This document shows, piece by piece, positions 36,275 to 50,149 of a stretch of 64,000 nt of DNA; the stretch's first letter is position 1, and each line of letters opens with the position of its first letter. The notes beneath the pieces are model-generated. The model was not told the origin of the DNA. It searched no databases and saw nothing but the letters and a program-made list of their open reading frames with translations. Origin of the DNA: Camelus ferus (Eukaryota). The stretch spans positions 115,942,001 to 116,006,000 of the forward strand of contig NC_045696.1 in the NCBI RefSeq assembly GCF_009834535.1, read 5' to 3'. The position numbers and the translations under genes are program-made.

Positions 36275-37680
36275 CACACTTCTGGGATGCTGGTAATGTT
36301 CTATTTCTTGACTATGACTGTACCCTCTTTGTGGTAACACAGCAAGCTTTTAATTTATGATGCGTGCACTTGTTTGTATGTGTGCATTACTTCGGTTAAA
36401 CTTAAAAAAAAGAAACTGTGCAGTTAGGAAAATCAAAACACTCTCCGTCCACAAAAAAAGAAGTACTAACCCTGTGCTAGTGTTTGGACTTTGAAAACTA
36501 AGTAGGGCATAGCTGAATAAAATTATAGAGACCGCCCTGATATTTAAAATCACAGTCTAAAAAGCACTTCCGTATTCATAGAATTAGTTCTGTGAGAGAT
36601 TTAGCATTCCCATTGTAAAGAAGTAACTGCTTTTCAAAGCAGATAAACAACTTCCACGGGGTGGTTAGATCCGTAAGCTTCTGAAGCCTCGTCCCCAGCA
36701 TGTTTTTTGCTGTCTCTGAGCACAGCCCTCACTCCACAGCTACACAGCTAACTCTGCTGCATGACCCTTATCAGAATTAATCCTGTTATTGGGGCAAAAG
36801 ACAAAAGTTGTACAATTCTCCCAATAGAGGCCAAAAAGGACATTTGGTAAATTCCAACATCCATTCCATACTTTAAAAAATTTATTCCTAGCCCTCTTTA
36901 ACATGATAAACAATATTAGCCCCACACTAGCATTTGACATTTTAATAGAAGCATGATTATTAAAGGTGAACACAACCTGGCAATGTCTGCTTTCACCACT
37001 GTTCATTTCAACATTGTCCAGTAGCGTACAAGCTGCTGCAGTGAGGGATAAAGGTATTAAAAGGAGACACGGTGTCATGATTTCATTTGGACATTCTTAA
37101 CCACCTAAAAAAACCCTGGAGGGTCTGGAATAACACTTTAGGACCAACAACTAATATGATAATTTAATAAAGTGAAAAAATGTACTATCCAAGTCCTATG
37201 CAAGTTATAAAACTTCACTGAGAAATGAAAATGATAACTTGAATAGATGCAGAAATATATATACCAAGTTCCTGGTAAATAACTTGCAGTAAAAGTGTTC
37301 TCTGCAGCACTATTTATCATAATAATAAAAATGGAAACCAACTAAATATTTGACAATTGGGAATAGGTAAAATAAAGTATGGTACAGTCATAGAACAGTA
37401 TGAACAGCCATAAAAACACATAAAAGAAAAATATTTCATGGCTTGGAAAAATGTCCAGGGTGGACTGTAAATTTTTTTTAAATCTTACAATTTTTTGTTA
37501 AAAAAAAAAAGAATATGTTTTGTATATACACACAAACGTACTTAAAACTGGACTGGGAGGCTATACCTCAAAATATGTTATGAAATTATAGGTGATGTAA
37601 ATTTAAATTTTCTACTTTTAGTTTGTCTACATTTTTGTGTGTATCTGTATTTCCTTAATTTTTTATCACATGTATTACAT
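36275..37680 (+). mobile_element. Old L1 (L1ME-like) fragments, discontinuous
   Basis: ttctgggatgctggtaatgttctatttcttgac (3' UTR) at ~36280; tgtctgctttcaccactgttcatttcaacattg (ORF2) at ~36985; tgcagcactatttatcataataataaaaatggaaacc at ~37303. Confidence 0.6.
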
Positions 37681-37769
37681 TTAAGCACAGTAGGAAACTG
37701 TATAGTTTTACCACACACGTGAGTAGTGGTTTAGTCTTTCAAAGATAACTGCATATTTGCTGAATTATT

Positions 37770-37930
37770 CTGTTGTCACTCCAACCCCCTGAGATAAGAA
37801 AGTATCCCTATTTACAGATTAAGACTGTGAGGCACAGAAAGTTCTGGACAATTAAACACAAGGCTAGTTAATGGTATTATTGCTTGTAGCAGTGGAACTA
37901 AAATCCAGAACTTTAAGCTCTAAATCTAGA
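37770..37930 (-). mobile_element. MIR SINE
   Basis: ccctatttacagattaagactgtgaggcacagaaagtt. Confidence 0.65.
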
Positions 37931-39564
37931 TGACTTTCAAACTAGACGTCACTTTAATTCAAAGAATTATTAAGTTTCTCCCAAGTACCAGGTCCTGTGT
38001 TTTGGAAATTGTGTGTGGAAGCGATTAAAACATCATGCAAGTTTAAAACAAATTCTAAGTGTATTTTAAATTCTTGGGGGACAAAGAGCTAGGGTGAGCT
38101 TGGGCTCTTCCTTCCATAACCCACAAAACTTGAAGTGCTGGTGTCAAATCATCCAAATATAGATTCAGTTCCTTAAAATGATTCAGCAAGAGTATCTGGT
38201 CCCCGAAATAGAGCATCACATGCAACCTAAAGTTATAATAAATCTGGGTCCTAGAAGAACATGGAAAGGATTTCCTCTCCTTTAGTAAACTCATCATCCT
38301 GACTGAGAGAGTTAATCTTCCTTTTAAAAAATTCATCTTGTTACTGATGCCTTTCATGCATACACGTGCACTGAAATAGTTAAAACACAATCAATATGCT
38401 TTCAAGGAACAGACCCCAGCATAAAACATGATTCACTTTTTTTTCTTTGTATGTAACATTCACTTTGGATTACAATGAGGAAGTAAGGAAAATATGATTT
38501 ACAAAACATATCTAATGATATGTTTAACATCCTTGCAAAAGCTATACATGCATTATGCCTCACAATAAACATTGACATTTATAATCTAAAATTCCCATTT
38601 GTGCTAAAGGCAGGCTCATTCTTTCACTTAGGTAATGAAATTTTAATATAGTGTGTGCATGAGAAGGGAAGGGGAGTATAAAATATATTAAGTAATTCAC
38701 TTGGCTATTACACCACCAGAAAGAGGACATCATTTTTATTCTCACATTTCTTAAGCAGTAGATTTTGCAGTGCAGTCATCAACTGATGGGAGGGTTTGGG
38801 GACTATCTGATACATCAGATTTGCTGAGAAAAGATGGAGTGCTGTGAGCAATTCCAATTTTCCACGTCCTCAATATTCAAAACATTCTAGTGGAACATCC
38901 AAAGTAAACACCTCTTTTTCTCCCGCCTAGAACTGTCTTCTACTTGTGGCTAGTGACTCGATGGCCATCCCCACTGCTACTTACCTTGGTGAAAAGTGGA
39001 AACCCCATCACCTGAACAGCAGCTCCCTTCATTTTTTTTCTTTCTCGTATACATTCAACCAAGAAATCAATAGCATGTTATTTTCTAAGACAATTTTTCC
39101 AAAGGAATCACAGAACTATGAGGCATGAACACATAGGAAGGAAGTTAAAGAAGAGGGAGTATTGGAGGTAAAAATGAGTGGTTTGACAGCAAGTGAATTT
39201 TCTGTCAAAAGTGTGTATCACCCTGCTTCCAAGGAGCTCAGGGATATGCAGAGGAGTAGCGTTGAAAGTCACCAATGTGTACATATGCTCTTCATTCGAG
39301 CACTTGATGGCTGGCATCTTTCTCTGTGTATGTTCTAGTTCCACACCCAAGTTTCTTGTTTTACACTGAAATAAATATGCACCTTAAATACGCAGTGGAA
39401 CCTCACTGGAATATTGCCTGTAGGCGCATAGCTTGAGGTTGCCTTACATCAAGACATTTGAGGTTCTTCTAAAAAAAAAAAAATCCACTGGGGAGAGATT
39501 TTTAAGACAGACTCTGCCTAGTAATGAATTTTAGACCATAAATTTTAAAAACAAAACTCCAAAT

Positions 39565-40332
39565 TGTGATAAGTTAGATAATGTTCATCAACTATTTCCT
39601 CCCTTCTCCCTCACATGGCGGGCAGAGTATACTTTCCCACCCCGCTGATGCTGGGCTGGGCTATGTAACTTGCTATGATGAATGCTATATTAGAAGCCAT
39701 GATAAAAACAAAGGCTTGAGATGTGCTTACACAGTCAGACCTGCCTAACCATGCTTTTGACATTGCCATGTGCTATGGTCTGAATGTTTGTATCCCTCTA
39801 AAGTTTTTACATTAAAACCCTAACCCCCAAAGGTGATGGTATTTGGAGGTGGAGCCTTTGAGAAGTGACTAAATCATGAGTGAGGAACTCATAAAAATGG
39901 CTCCAGAGAGATCTTTAGCCCTTTCTGTTATACAAGGATACAATGAGGAGTCTGCAGCCTTGAAGACAGCCGTCACCTGGCCATGCTGGCATCCTGATTT
40001 CAGATATCCAGCCTCCAGAACTGTAAGCAATAAATTTTTACTGTTCATAAGCCACCCAATCTGTGTATTTTGTTACAGCATCATGTACAGACTAAGATAC
40101 CATGAAAAGAACATTCTTGGGTAGTCCACTGCTCTAGAGGCAGCAAGAGACACATCAAGCTGACTTGGACTCAGCCTGTGATGTAGAGTCAAGCCCAGCT
40201 GAGTTCAGTCTAGATCAGCTGACTTATAGCAAATGCAGGCATTGTGTAAGTAAAAGTAAATGCTTTTTGAAGCCACTGCATTTGGGGGTGGTTTGTTACC
40301 TAGCATTACTGTGGCCATAGCTGGCTGATACA
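39565..40332 (+). mobile_element. MaLR solo LTR (MLT1H/I-like), split by a younger LTR
   Basis: atactttcccaccccgctgatgctgggctgggctatgtaacttgct...aagccactgcatttgggggtggtttgttacctagcattactgtggccatagctggctgataca. Confidence 0.8.
39771..40099 (+). mobile_element. MaLR solo LTR (MLT1A-like) with perfect 5-bp TSD
   Basis: tgctatggtctgaatgtttgtatccc...cagcctccagaactgtaagcaataaatt...agactaagata; TSD ccatg at 39766-39770 and 40100-40104. Confidence 0.92.
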
Positions 40333-40929
40333 CATCTGGCAACAAACACATTGTTAAAATAATTATAACATATGGGTAGGTCCTTACACTGAATCTAAAG
40401 CAGCTGTAATGCAGCAGAACTTTATTAGTGACCACATTACGTACATATAGCTATAAATGTGATTTACATCAAACATTCGATTATCAAGATAATATTCTGT
40501 TACTTAAAGGAGAAATGACTAGACCTTCTGAGTTAGCTAGATATGCCAGGATAGTCATCCTGTCTATAAATACATAAATTAAATACTTTCCCAGCCCAAT
40601 CAAAAATGGAGAAACCAAAACCTTGATGAAGAACAAGGCAGGCAGTTTAATTTTCAATGATTATTTTGATGTATTCTTATTCTGCTGCCTAGGTAACTAG
40701 TGAGGGGGATACTTTCTACATTGAGTGAACAGAAAAATCATAGTAATAAATAAATACAAGTTAAACTGCTAAAAATAATTTGTTGATGAGTTTAGATGAC
40801 ATATTAAGAATGTCAGGTTAGATGACATTAAGAATATTATAAACATTAAATATTATTTTTAGAGAAACCTATCATGATATGAATGGATACAAATGAAAAT
40901 TCTCAAATGTTACTACAGATAAAAAAAAG

Positions 40930-41220
40930 TATTGATTTCATTCATACATAGAATATAAAAATAAAATAAACAATTATATAAAAAAGCCAAAGCAAACAAA
41001 AGCAAACATATAGATACAGAGAAAAAAAGCCATGGTTACCAGAAATGAAAGGGGCTGGGGGATTGGGTAAGGTGGGTCAACTGTACGGTGACAGTGGAAA
41101 CTAAATTTTTGGTGATGAACATGCCGTAGTTGTGTAAAGAAGTCAAAATATCGTGTTGGACACACGAACTATATAATGTTATAAGCCAATGTTACCTTAA
41201 TTAAAAAATAAAATAAAATT
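40930..41220 (+). mobile_element. L1 3' UTR (laurasiatherian type)
   Basis: atagatacagag...tggttaccagaa...ggtcaactgtacggtgacagtggaaactaaatttttggtgatgaacatgc...ttataagccaatgttaccttaattaaaaa. Confidence 0.85.
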
Positions 41221-42944
41221 TATGAGGGCAACATTTTGAAGTTTTCATTATTTCCTTAAAGCAAATAAATCTTCTTTAGTGATCTGAATATCCTTATAGA
41301 AGACTTATATTTGAGTCTAAACTGTGAATCTGAAATGGAAACTATTGACAAAGCCATAGAGCAACTCCAAGGACACTCATATTTTAAGAGTCCCAGCAGA
41401 AGAGAATCGGTTTTAAGCAAACAAAGTGTGAAGTCGAGGGTGAATTAAATAAGGACTTTGAGGAGGAGACAGCAGATGAGAATCATCCGAAACACTTGCC
41501 TAGAGTTAGCAGTAAGGATATTTTAATTAAATTGTTCTTACACAATCAGCAGGATCCTAACCTGAAGAGAGGACTATACTTCAATGTGTTTCTGACCCCT
41601 CAGGTAATTTGTCCAATAGGGAAATAATTTATCATCGAGTTTAGCTGTTGCTTTCAAATTATCTTCATGCATCATCTCATGGGCATTAAAATTTTATTAT
41701 TGAGTATTCTCTAGGAGTCTTAGACTCTGGTCATTAATAGAAATTTCCTCTTAACATATATAACTTTTGATCCTATTCCATTTTTTTTTTAATTGGGTAC
41801 ACGCATAGGTATATATTTAGCATGATTAAAGAAAGAGAAGATACTTTATTCTTTAATCTCTCTGTTTTTGACATAAAAGCATCAATTTTAGGTTGAAGCT
41901 CTGGAAAAGAAAAAAAACTCCCATAATTGAGTAAATCTATAAAGTTTTTCATGAAAATTAAGGTTAGTAAAATGTTAAAAAGCAAAAGGATTTCTACTCA
42001 TTATTGAATACAGCAGTAATAAAAAGATACTGGGAAATGAAGTAGTCATCATATATTTCCATGCAATTTTAAAGTCTCCACTGAAAATGTTAAACCTCAT
42101 TTTCCAGAATTGAGTTGGATAATACAATGTGTACACCCTTTAAAAGGTTGCTCCTTTCACTTTTAATCAATAAGGTTACTTAATGAACATTTGTTCTGTT
42201 AACAATTGTTGGCATCATATTGACAGGATTAATTATTTTTCTATTACCTACCGTAGAGACAGAGGTGGATTTTTCTGAAGGAACAAGATCGTAGTTTCAG
42301 TGTTTCTCTTGCTAACATAAGCATATGCATACAACATTTTTTTAAAGATCACTGACAACTTCAAATGCCTGAAACTACTTCCCACATAGGAACAGACTCT
42401 TTGGCAATGGCTAAAACACAAAGAGCCATGTGCCAGGATAAGGTGAACACGCACGCGTCTTTGCAAAAACCACTGTCTCATCAGAATCTATACCATCTAC
42501 TCCTTCTCAAATCCTGTTACCATCACCCCTCTGATATATGTACTTTGAGTTGGATCCAATGTTCCAGATGCTGTGAGGAAGCTTTTATTTATAACTGGTG
42601 CCCAGAATGCCATCAAAATACACAATAAAACAACTTCACTGCCCATTAGATAGTCCATGTGAAAATTCTGAAGCAACCTTTTTCTACTAGGCTGATGGTA
42701 AAGACTAGAAAGAATCTTTCTTGCCCTTTCAGAAGTAAACTAAAAGGAATCTTGCTAAAACTTAACAACCCTATAATTTAAGTAAATGGTCAAACTGACT
42801 AGACATAGTTTGGGGGATATCTGTATGCTCATGTGCACCAATCAATGGAGATTGAATAGACAGCAAAAATACAACTTTTTTTAAAAGAAGAAACATATGG
42901 GACAGATCTCATCTTCTATGATGTCCATATTGTAAATTCATTTC

Positions 42945-44530
42945 ATATGCTGTAGCCTGAAGCATATACATTTTGGGGAATCATTTTTGAGAAAAATAGT
43001 GGAAAGTTACAAACATATAATTAAATATGGAAGTAAATATTAAGAATGATAAAAGCTATAATTTACAAATTTGCAAAGCTGATAATTAGAACTGACATCA
43101 CCAATCTGGAAAAATATCCTAAGAATTTTATTATTGAACTGGTTGACACAACATACTTTTTTCTACAAGTTTTAACTGCCTACTCTTCAAACACCTCTTC
43201 AAAGAAAAATTTAGAAATATAATTTTTAATAGAAAGAATACATAAATGATTTGACCTTTTCTCTCTCTAGCATGCTTAACCAAAATCACAGTGCAGAAAT
43301 TCTTCTTTCAAATTTGCAAACTGTCATTCTTGGTAATATCATTGTCATGGGTTGAATTATGTCCCCTAAAAAAGGAATGTCTATGTCTTCACCCCAGGTA
43401 CCTGTGAAAGTGACCTTATTTGAAAGCAGGGTTTTTGCAGATGTAACTAAATTAAAGACTTTGAGATGAGATCATTTTGGATGTAGGGTGGCTCTTAATC
43501 CAATGACTGGTGTTTTTATAAGAGATACAGGGGGAAGCCATATGAAGATGGAGGTAGAGACTGGAGAGAGAAATCTACAAGTCAAAGAATGCAGAGGACC
43601 GCCAGAGCCAGCAGAAGGCAGGAGAGAGGCAAGGAAGAGATTCTCCCTCAGAGCCTGCGCAAAGGACCAAGCCTGCCCACTCCTTGACTGCAGACTTACA
43701 GCCGCCGCAAGTGAGTAAAATAAATGTCTGCTGTTCTAAGTCACCATGTTCATGTAATTTGTCGCGGCAGTCCTAAGAAACTAATGCCACTGTGTGCCTC
43801 TAATCCAGTTTCTTTTACACATAAAATGTAAGAATGAAGTCCGTTCAAGTTTTCTTCTTCATTATTAATCTTAAGTAACTTTTATATTGATGATACTTGT
43901 TAATCAGTTTGTATTAATGCCCCCATTGCAATGATATATAATGGATTTTATGCTATCTTTTCTGAAAGAGAGCAGTTTCATCTTGACCAAGTGGATTAAG
44001 CTTCCAGTAACAATGCTGCCTATCTGATCATTTGGAGAATTTTTCTCCTTCACTCTAGCTTCTGATTTTGTGCATTTCATAATTTTGTTTCTCCTCCACC
44101 ACCTGCAACTGGGCACCAGAGGATAAATTCATGCAACCGTATGACTCCTGTCAGGTAAGTGAGCAGAGCGGGCATTAGAAGCATCCAAAAGATAACTTAA
44201 CTATACCCAGAAGTGACTGTAAACCACAAAAATATCCCACTAAACCCAAACTACTTGTGTCCACCATCCAAATAGCCCTCACCAAATCCCGGAAGTGCCC
44301 ACGGCCACGTTCAACACACTAGATGTTGAATGAAATGTGACAGGAAGGGACAGGGGAAACTTACATCAGTTTTAACTAATGAAGTTGAATATGCCTTACA
44401 TTAGCAATTTGAACCAAAAAAATATGATCGTGTGAATGCATCAATAAGGTCCTTTCTTGGAAGGGACCCATGCAAGTGAGGAGTCCTGAAGCTTAAGCTT
44501 CAGTAACTTCATGGTAAATTCATCGCCACG
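42945..44530 (-). mobile_element. Zaphod/MER115-like hAT-Tip100 transposon relic, interrupted by an MLT1C
   Basis: left gcctgaagcatatacattttgggg..., right ggacccatgcaagtgaggagtcctgaagcttaagcttcagtaacttcatggtaaattcatc; both resemble the ends of this family. Confidence 0.7.
43343..43789 (+). mobile_element. MaLR solo LTR (MLT1C-like)
   Basis: tgtcatgggttgaattatgtcccc...ggtacctgtgaaagtgaccttatttgaaagcagggtttttgcagatgtaa...gattctccctcagagcct...aataaatgtctgctg...aagaaactaatg. Confidence 0.9.
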
Positions 44531-44944
44531 TGTGATGTGTATTTTCAAAGTGTGAAAGGCTAGCTTCCTTTCTGACTTGAAGAACTTACTCTTAGGTCTC
44601 ACTGAGGGGAGCAGGTTTGGATGAGCATAAATGCCCTTACCCTTTTATCCGCTTGGTGAGCTCTAACTCATACTTCAAAGCTTATTTAATATAATGTAGA
44701 AGAATGTCCCTGAATCTCCTGTCAGGCTCATCCTCCCAGAGTTATTATCACACATTTGGTGTAGTGTTTAATGAGAATAAAATTCACTGCCTGTTTCCCT
44801 TACAAGACTGTTTAAGATCCCTATGGACAGGGTTATCGTATTCATCTTTGTATTCCCTTATATATACACAGGAAACCCTTGAGGATGTATTTTTGTGGAA
44901 GGAAAGAGCTTACAGTATAAGGAAGATCAAACATAACAACAAAT

Positions 44945-47900
44945 AATTAATTCAATATTAAGCAAATATTTACCAAGTATCTACTATGTGTCAGGCACTG
45001 TTCTGAGAGCTGGGGAAACATTGGGGAAAAAAAAAACCCATCAGTACTAAGTGTATTAGAGCTATGGACAACGAGCAGATTGGGGAGGGGTCAAAAGTGA
45101 GGGAGGAGGTCTGTAATTTTAACTGGTGCTATCAGGATGGGCTTAATCTAAGAAGTGAAATTTAAGGAAACACCGAGGGAGGCAAGGGAATTAAATCCAT
45201 AGATATGAAATGGAAGGGAGTTGTAAGGAAGAGGAAATAGCTGAATCTGATGCCTTAAATGGGAGCACATCTAAGACCTCTGAGAGGCAACAGGGAGGCA
45301 TAACCTTGCTGGAGCCAGTTAAGTAAGGGTGATGCAGCAGACAGGAGGTTAGAGAAGGAACAGGGTGTGCAGCCTTTCTTAGGCATTTGAAAAACTTGGC
45401 TTAATTCTTGAGAGAATTGAGGAACTTTGAAGGATTTTATCAGGATCACTCTGGCTCGAAAAGACATTGAAAGGACTCCAATGAGGAAGCAGGAGGAGCA
45501 GATAAAAACAGTGGTGGCTTAGACCGGGCTGCTAACAATAAATGTGACATGAAGCAGTGGGATTCTGGCTATATCAATATATTTGGAGGCAGAATCTAGA
45601 GGATTTTCTGAACAAAATTTGGGAGGGTAAGAAAAGTAGCGGGGTCGGGATGGCTCTTTTGGCCTGAATCAGTAAAAAGATGGGATTTGCCTTAACTAAC
45701 TAACACAGGGAAAACTGAGTAGAGCATGGATTTTTTTTGTTTGTTTGCTGGCTTTTTTAGGAATTTAGACTTAAATGATAATTTCACTTTAAATATGCTA
45801 AGTTTGGGATATTGACTGGAAGCATCAAAGTGGAACTGTTGAGGAGGCAGTTGGAATACAAGTTGAAATTTAACAGTAGAGATTCAGAATGAAAATATGA
45901 ATTTTGGAGTCATCATACTATAGATGGAATTTAATTCATAAGACTTGATACGTTTACTAAAGAAAAGTAAAAGGGGAAAGTCTGTGGACCAAGCCCTGGG
46001 GTGCTCCAACAATTAGCAGTTGGGAGAATGAGAAGAAATTGGCTTAGGAGACAGATAAGCAGCAACCAATGAAGTAGGAAGTAAACCAAAAGTGTGTGAC
46101 ACTCTCCCACTGAAAAGCCATGTGACTGAAGTATATCAAAGAGGAGACAGCATCCAATTGCTACTGAAAAGTCAAATACTACTGACAGATCACATAAACT
46201 GGGGGTGAAAATTGATCATTGGATTTAGCAACACAGAGGTCAATGAGTCTCAAAAAGAAATTTTTCTGGAGTAGTGGGGGCAAAAGGGTTTAGGAGAGAA
46301 TGGAAATAGAGTAGTTGAGGAATTGTATTGACAATTCTTACAAGGAATTTTGCTTCAACAGGGAGCAAAGTAATAGGACAGTAACTAAAGCAGAGGTGGG
46401 GACAAAGCAATGGTTTTAAGATGGACAATATAACAAGTTTGTGCTGATGGGAATAATTCAGTCTAGAGGTGAGGGAAGAAGTAAGTTAGGTAGGAAGAGA
46501 ACTGAAGGCGAGATGTCCTTGAGTGGGGAAGAAGAGGTGGAAACTGTGGAGGAACCACCTTAGATGGGAACACAATTAGTTCTTCTGAGGAAGAGGAGAT
46601 GAATGTTTGAGGAGAAACAAGAATTGTGCAAGGTCAGTTAAAAGAATCAGGAAATAAATGAACTAATGAAAAATAATGCCCCAGCAGCATTAAAAGTCCA
46701 CATGAAGCCTGTGTTTGTGAGATTAGAGTCAGACCATCAAGAAGATGTATTTTTCTTCACCTACGTTCTGCTACTTTAGGTACAGGTATAGAATATGGAG
46801 CAAAGTGGATATAATCAGGATTGTGACTTTGCCAAGTGAGTACCACAAAGTCAGAAAATGGCAAGGAAGTTAGACATGTTGAAAAGAGATTGACTGTAAC
46901 TATCAACCACGTAATTTAAACCATATAAGGAGAGGAATGAACACTTCAGAGGAGCAAGGGATGATGAGAATCAGTAGAATGAGTAAACTGGAGGTAAGGT
47001 TGAAGGATTTTTAGCCAGGATACTATGAGAGTGAGCTAGAAAGATAGGGTGGTTATCAGGGAATGTGATGCATGGAACTGAGATTACAGAGAATTTGTAG
47101 GTATTAGTGAGGCAAAGTCCAAGGCCTGATCATGGGATTGGCTGAGACAGAGGAGAGGAGTGTAAGGAATTGAGAACTCAAGGTTTGGGAAGGGTCATCT
47201 GTGTATACGTTAAAATCAACTGAATTAAAATAAACAACAGGATCTTTATCCAGTCATCTGTCAATGGACATTTAGGTTGTTTCCATGGCTTGACTATTGT
47301 AAATAGTGCTGCTATGAACATTGGGGTGCATGTATCTTTTTGAATTAGGGTTCCATCCAGATATATGCCCAGGAGTGGGAATCCTGGATCATATGGTAAG
47401 TCTATTTTTAGTTTTTTGAGGAATCTCCATACTGTTTTCCATAATGGCTCCACCAATTTACATTCCCACCAGCAGTGTAGGAGGGTTCCTTTTTCTCCAC
47501 ATCCTCTCCAGCATTTATCATTTGTGGACTTTTGAATGATGGTCATTCTGACTGGTGTGAGGTGATACCTCATTGTAGCTTCCATTTGCATTACTCTGAT
47601 AATCAGCGATAGTGAGCATTTTTTTTCATGTGCCTATTGGTCATTCGTATGTCTTCAGTGGGGAATTGCTTGTTTAGGTCTTCTGCCCATTTTTGGATTG
47701 GGTGGTATATTTATATAATGGAATACTATTCAGCCATAAAAAGAATAAAATAATGCCATTTGCAGTAACATAGATAGACCTGGAGATTGTCATTTGAAGT
47801 GAAGCCAGAATGATAAAGAAAAATACCATATAAGAACACTCATGTGGAATTTAAAAAAAGAAAAGAGAAGACACAAATGAACTTATCTACAAAACAGAAA

Positions 47901-48400
47901 CATACTCAAGGACATAGTAAACAAGCTTGTGGTTACCCAGGGGGAAAGGAGTTAGGGAAGGGATAAATTAGGAGTTCGAGATTGCAGATACTACCTACCA
48001 TATATAAAATAGATGAATAGTAAGTTTTTACTGTAGAGCACAGGGAACTATATTCAATATCATGTAGTAAGCTGTAATGAAAAAGAATATGAAAATGAAT
48101 GTATATGGATGACTGAAACATGATGCTGTACACCAGAAATTGACACATGGTAAGCTGACTGTATTTCAATATAAATACATACATACATACATACATACAT
48201 ACATACATACATAGAGGTGTAAGGTAGACAGTGACAACAAGCCAAAATCTAGAAAAAGGAGAAATCAGGACTGAGCCTCAGGAGTGAGTTGAACAGAACA
48301 ATGAGGAGCAGAGGATGGTTTATAGTCAGTGTCATGATGTTCAAAGCCACTGTATTTTTAGAGATGATGGAGAGATAATGATTAAAGAAAAGTAACAATG
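44945..48400 (-). mobile_element. Long L2 remnant, interrupted by L1 at 47243-48213
   Basis: starts with the reverse L2 3' end aagcaaatatttaccaagtatctactatgtgtcaggcactgttct; continues with aggatcactctggct, gaggaggcagttggaata, ttggagtcatca and cattggatttagcaacacagaggtca. Confidence 0.85.
47243..48213 (+). mobile_element. Young L1 with 5' inversion (47243-47703 inverted; 47702-48213 sense)
   Basis: minus ORF 47178..47591 gives [11 protein letters not shown]...[36 protein letters not shown] (ORF2p cysteine-rich domain); the sense part resumes at gtggtatatttata and ends in a (TACA)n tail. Confidence 0.95.
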
Positions 48401-49227
48401 AGGGACAAGGAGGACACCTAGTAACTCCAGGCCCAGTGAGGGGAAACCTGGGGGTAGACGGACGGCCACCACTTGGGAGATCTACAGGGGAAGCAAGCAG
48501 AAACCCTTTAAGATCCACCAAGCTCTTGTTACAAGATGTCTCAAGGGTGGCATTGCATTTTGAACATATACATCAGCATATATAAGTAGACACTTTGATT
48601 ACGGGTACTCATCAATAAAGGTTTTATAATGTGCCTATATTTCTTCATTTTCTCTGAACACAAAACTAATTAACCAGCCTTTGCAGGCACTCTCAAGCAC
48701 ATCCATTTAGTCACGGTGTACGTTTAGTCTAAGTGGTTAGAGTACAGGAAGTCCCAAGGCAATGAATCAACACTTAAGCCTAGAAGATTGGTTCCAATTA
48801 GTGTTCTGTATCTAATGCCAATATTAAGAGAGATAATTGTGTTAGACTTCTGGATACAGCTTTCCAGACCTGAGCCCACTTAAATGTTTAAGTGAATTAA
48901 TGGTGATGCATTGAGAAGTTAGAGATGAGTGCGGTACACTCCCTGCTCTTGTGAACTCACAGTCTCATGATAAAGCACATACTTTCATGAGAGGTTAGTT
49001 GACCATGGCAACCCTTGGGAAAGGCATTCTGATTGTCTGTATCTTGTGTGCTCTCACTTGGCTTTGCAGAGGGGAAAACAGTCACAATCCTTCTTAGGAT
49101 GTTGTGCACCTTAACACTCATAAACTGGAAGGGACAGAGAGTCTAATCCGACTTCATCGCTTCAGCACTGGGGATTGTGAAGATTATCCAAGCAAGTAGT
49201 GACAGAAATGGAATAAAACTAAAATAT

Positions 49228-49490
49228 TGTATCAGTCAGAATAGGCTAAGTAATGCTGCAATAACAAACAACTTGAAAAACTCAGAGCCTAAAACAACCA
49301 AGTGTACTTCTCATTCATGCTACTTGTAGCAAGGGAGGTCCTGTTTATAGTCAAGTTACGTAGCTAGTGGAAGCTTCATCTCAGCATAAGCATCATGGAA
49401 AACTATACACCAGATCTTAGTTTTTGGACAAAGAAAGCCCCATGGTCATATCTAATATTAGCTGGGCATAAAGTAGAATCCTGTCCTGTC
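49228..49490 (-). mobile_element. MaLR LTR fragment (MLT1J-like)
   Basis: tgtatcagtcagaataggctaagtaatgctgcaataacaaacaac...aaaacaaccaagtgtacttctcattcatgctac is the reverse MLT1 3' end. Confidence 0.75.
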
Positions 49491-50149
49491 TAAAATGACA
49501 GCCTGGTCATAATCTGAGCAAAGCAGAGAAAGTGCATGTGAGTGTCTCTATTCTATGTAGGAAACAAAATGACAATTGCAGATTAATTTCTTGCCCAAAC
49601 CTCCCAATTCTCACCATCTTGTTACTTCACTTAAAATTCACTTTTTAGAATTTTTTTCACCTTTCTAACTAGAGTAGTTGGTATTTTTGGAATGGATTTT
49701 TGGATTGTGCAATAAAAATGTGCAATAAAAATGCTTGGTGAAATAATAATGTGCATTGTTCAGTCAGTTAGTCAGTGCTAACACTGAGCTCTTCAACTGT
49801 GTCTCTGATGTAAACAGAATAACATATTCTAAACCAGGTCACCCTACAAGAGTCCATGCACTAGAAAATATGCTTTACCATTCAGCGCTTGATAGAATAT
49901 TGTACAATCCTTTGATGTGTTGCTCTCAAAAAAATTAGGAAAAAAAGAAGTACTTTAAGAAGTTTTTAGTTCTTGAGGTTAGCTAAAGGGAATAGATCAT
50001 AAATTTGTAAGAATATAAAACAGGAAAAATGATGAGACTTACTAAGAAGAATGGCATTATAACTGAGACACTAATTACCTAAGTTGGTTATTAAAGTATG
50101 GTGGTATAGACATTATTATATTATAAAATGTGTTCAGAAGCCAGATTAC

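Noticed and set aside
44486..44503. Perfect 18-bp palindrome ctgaagcttaagcttcag
   Set aside because: Part of the subterminal sequence of the Zaphod/MER115-like transposon.
47178..47591. Protein-like ORFs here and at 20483, 20613, 26986 and 61472
   Set aside because: All are L1 ORF2p fragments within truncated elements, not host genes.
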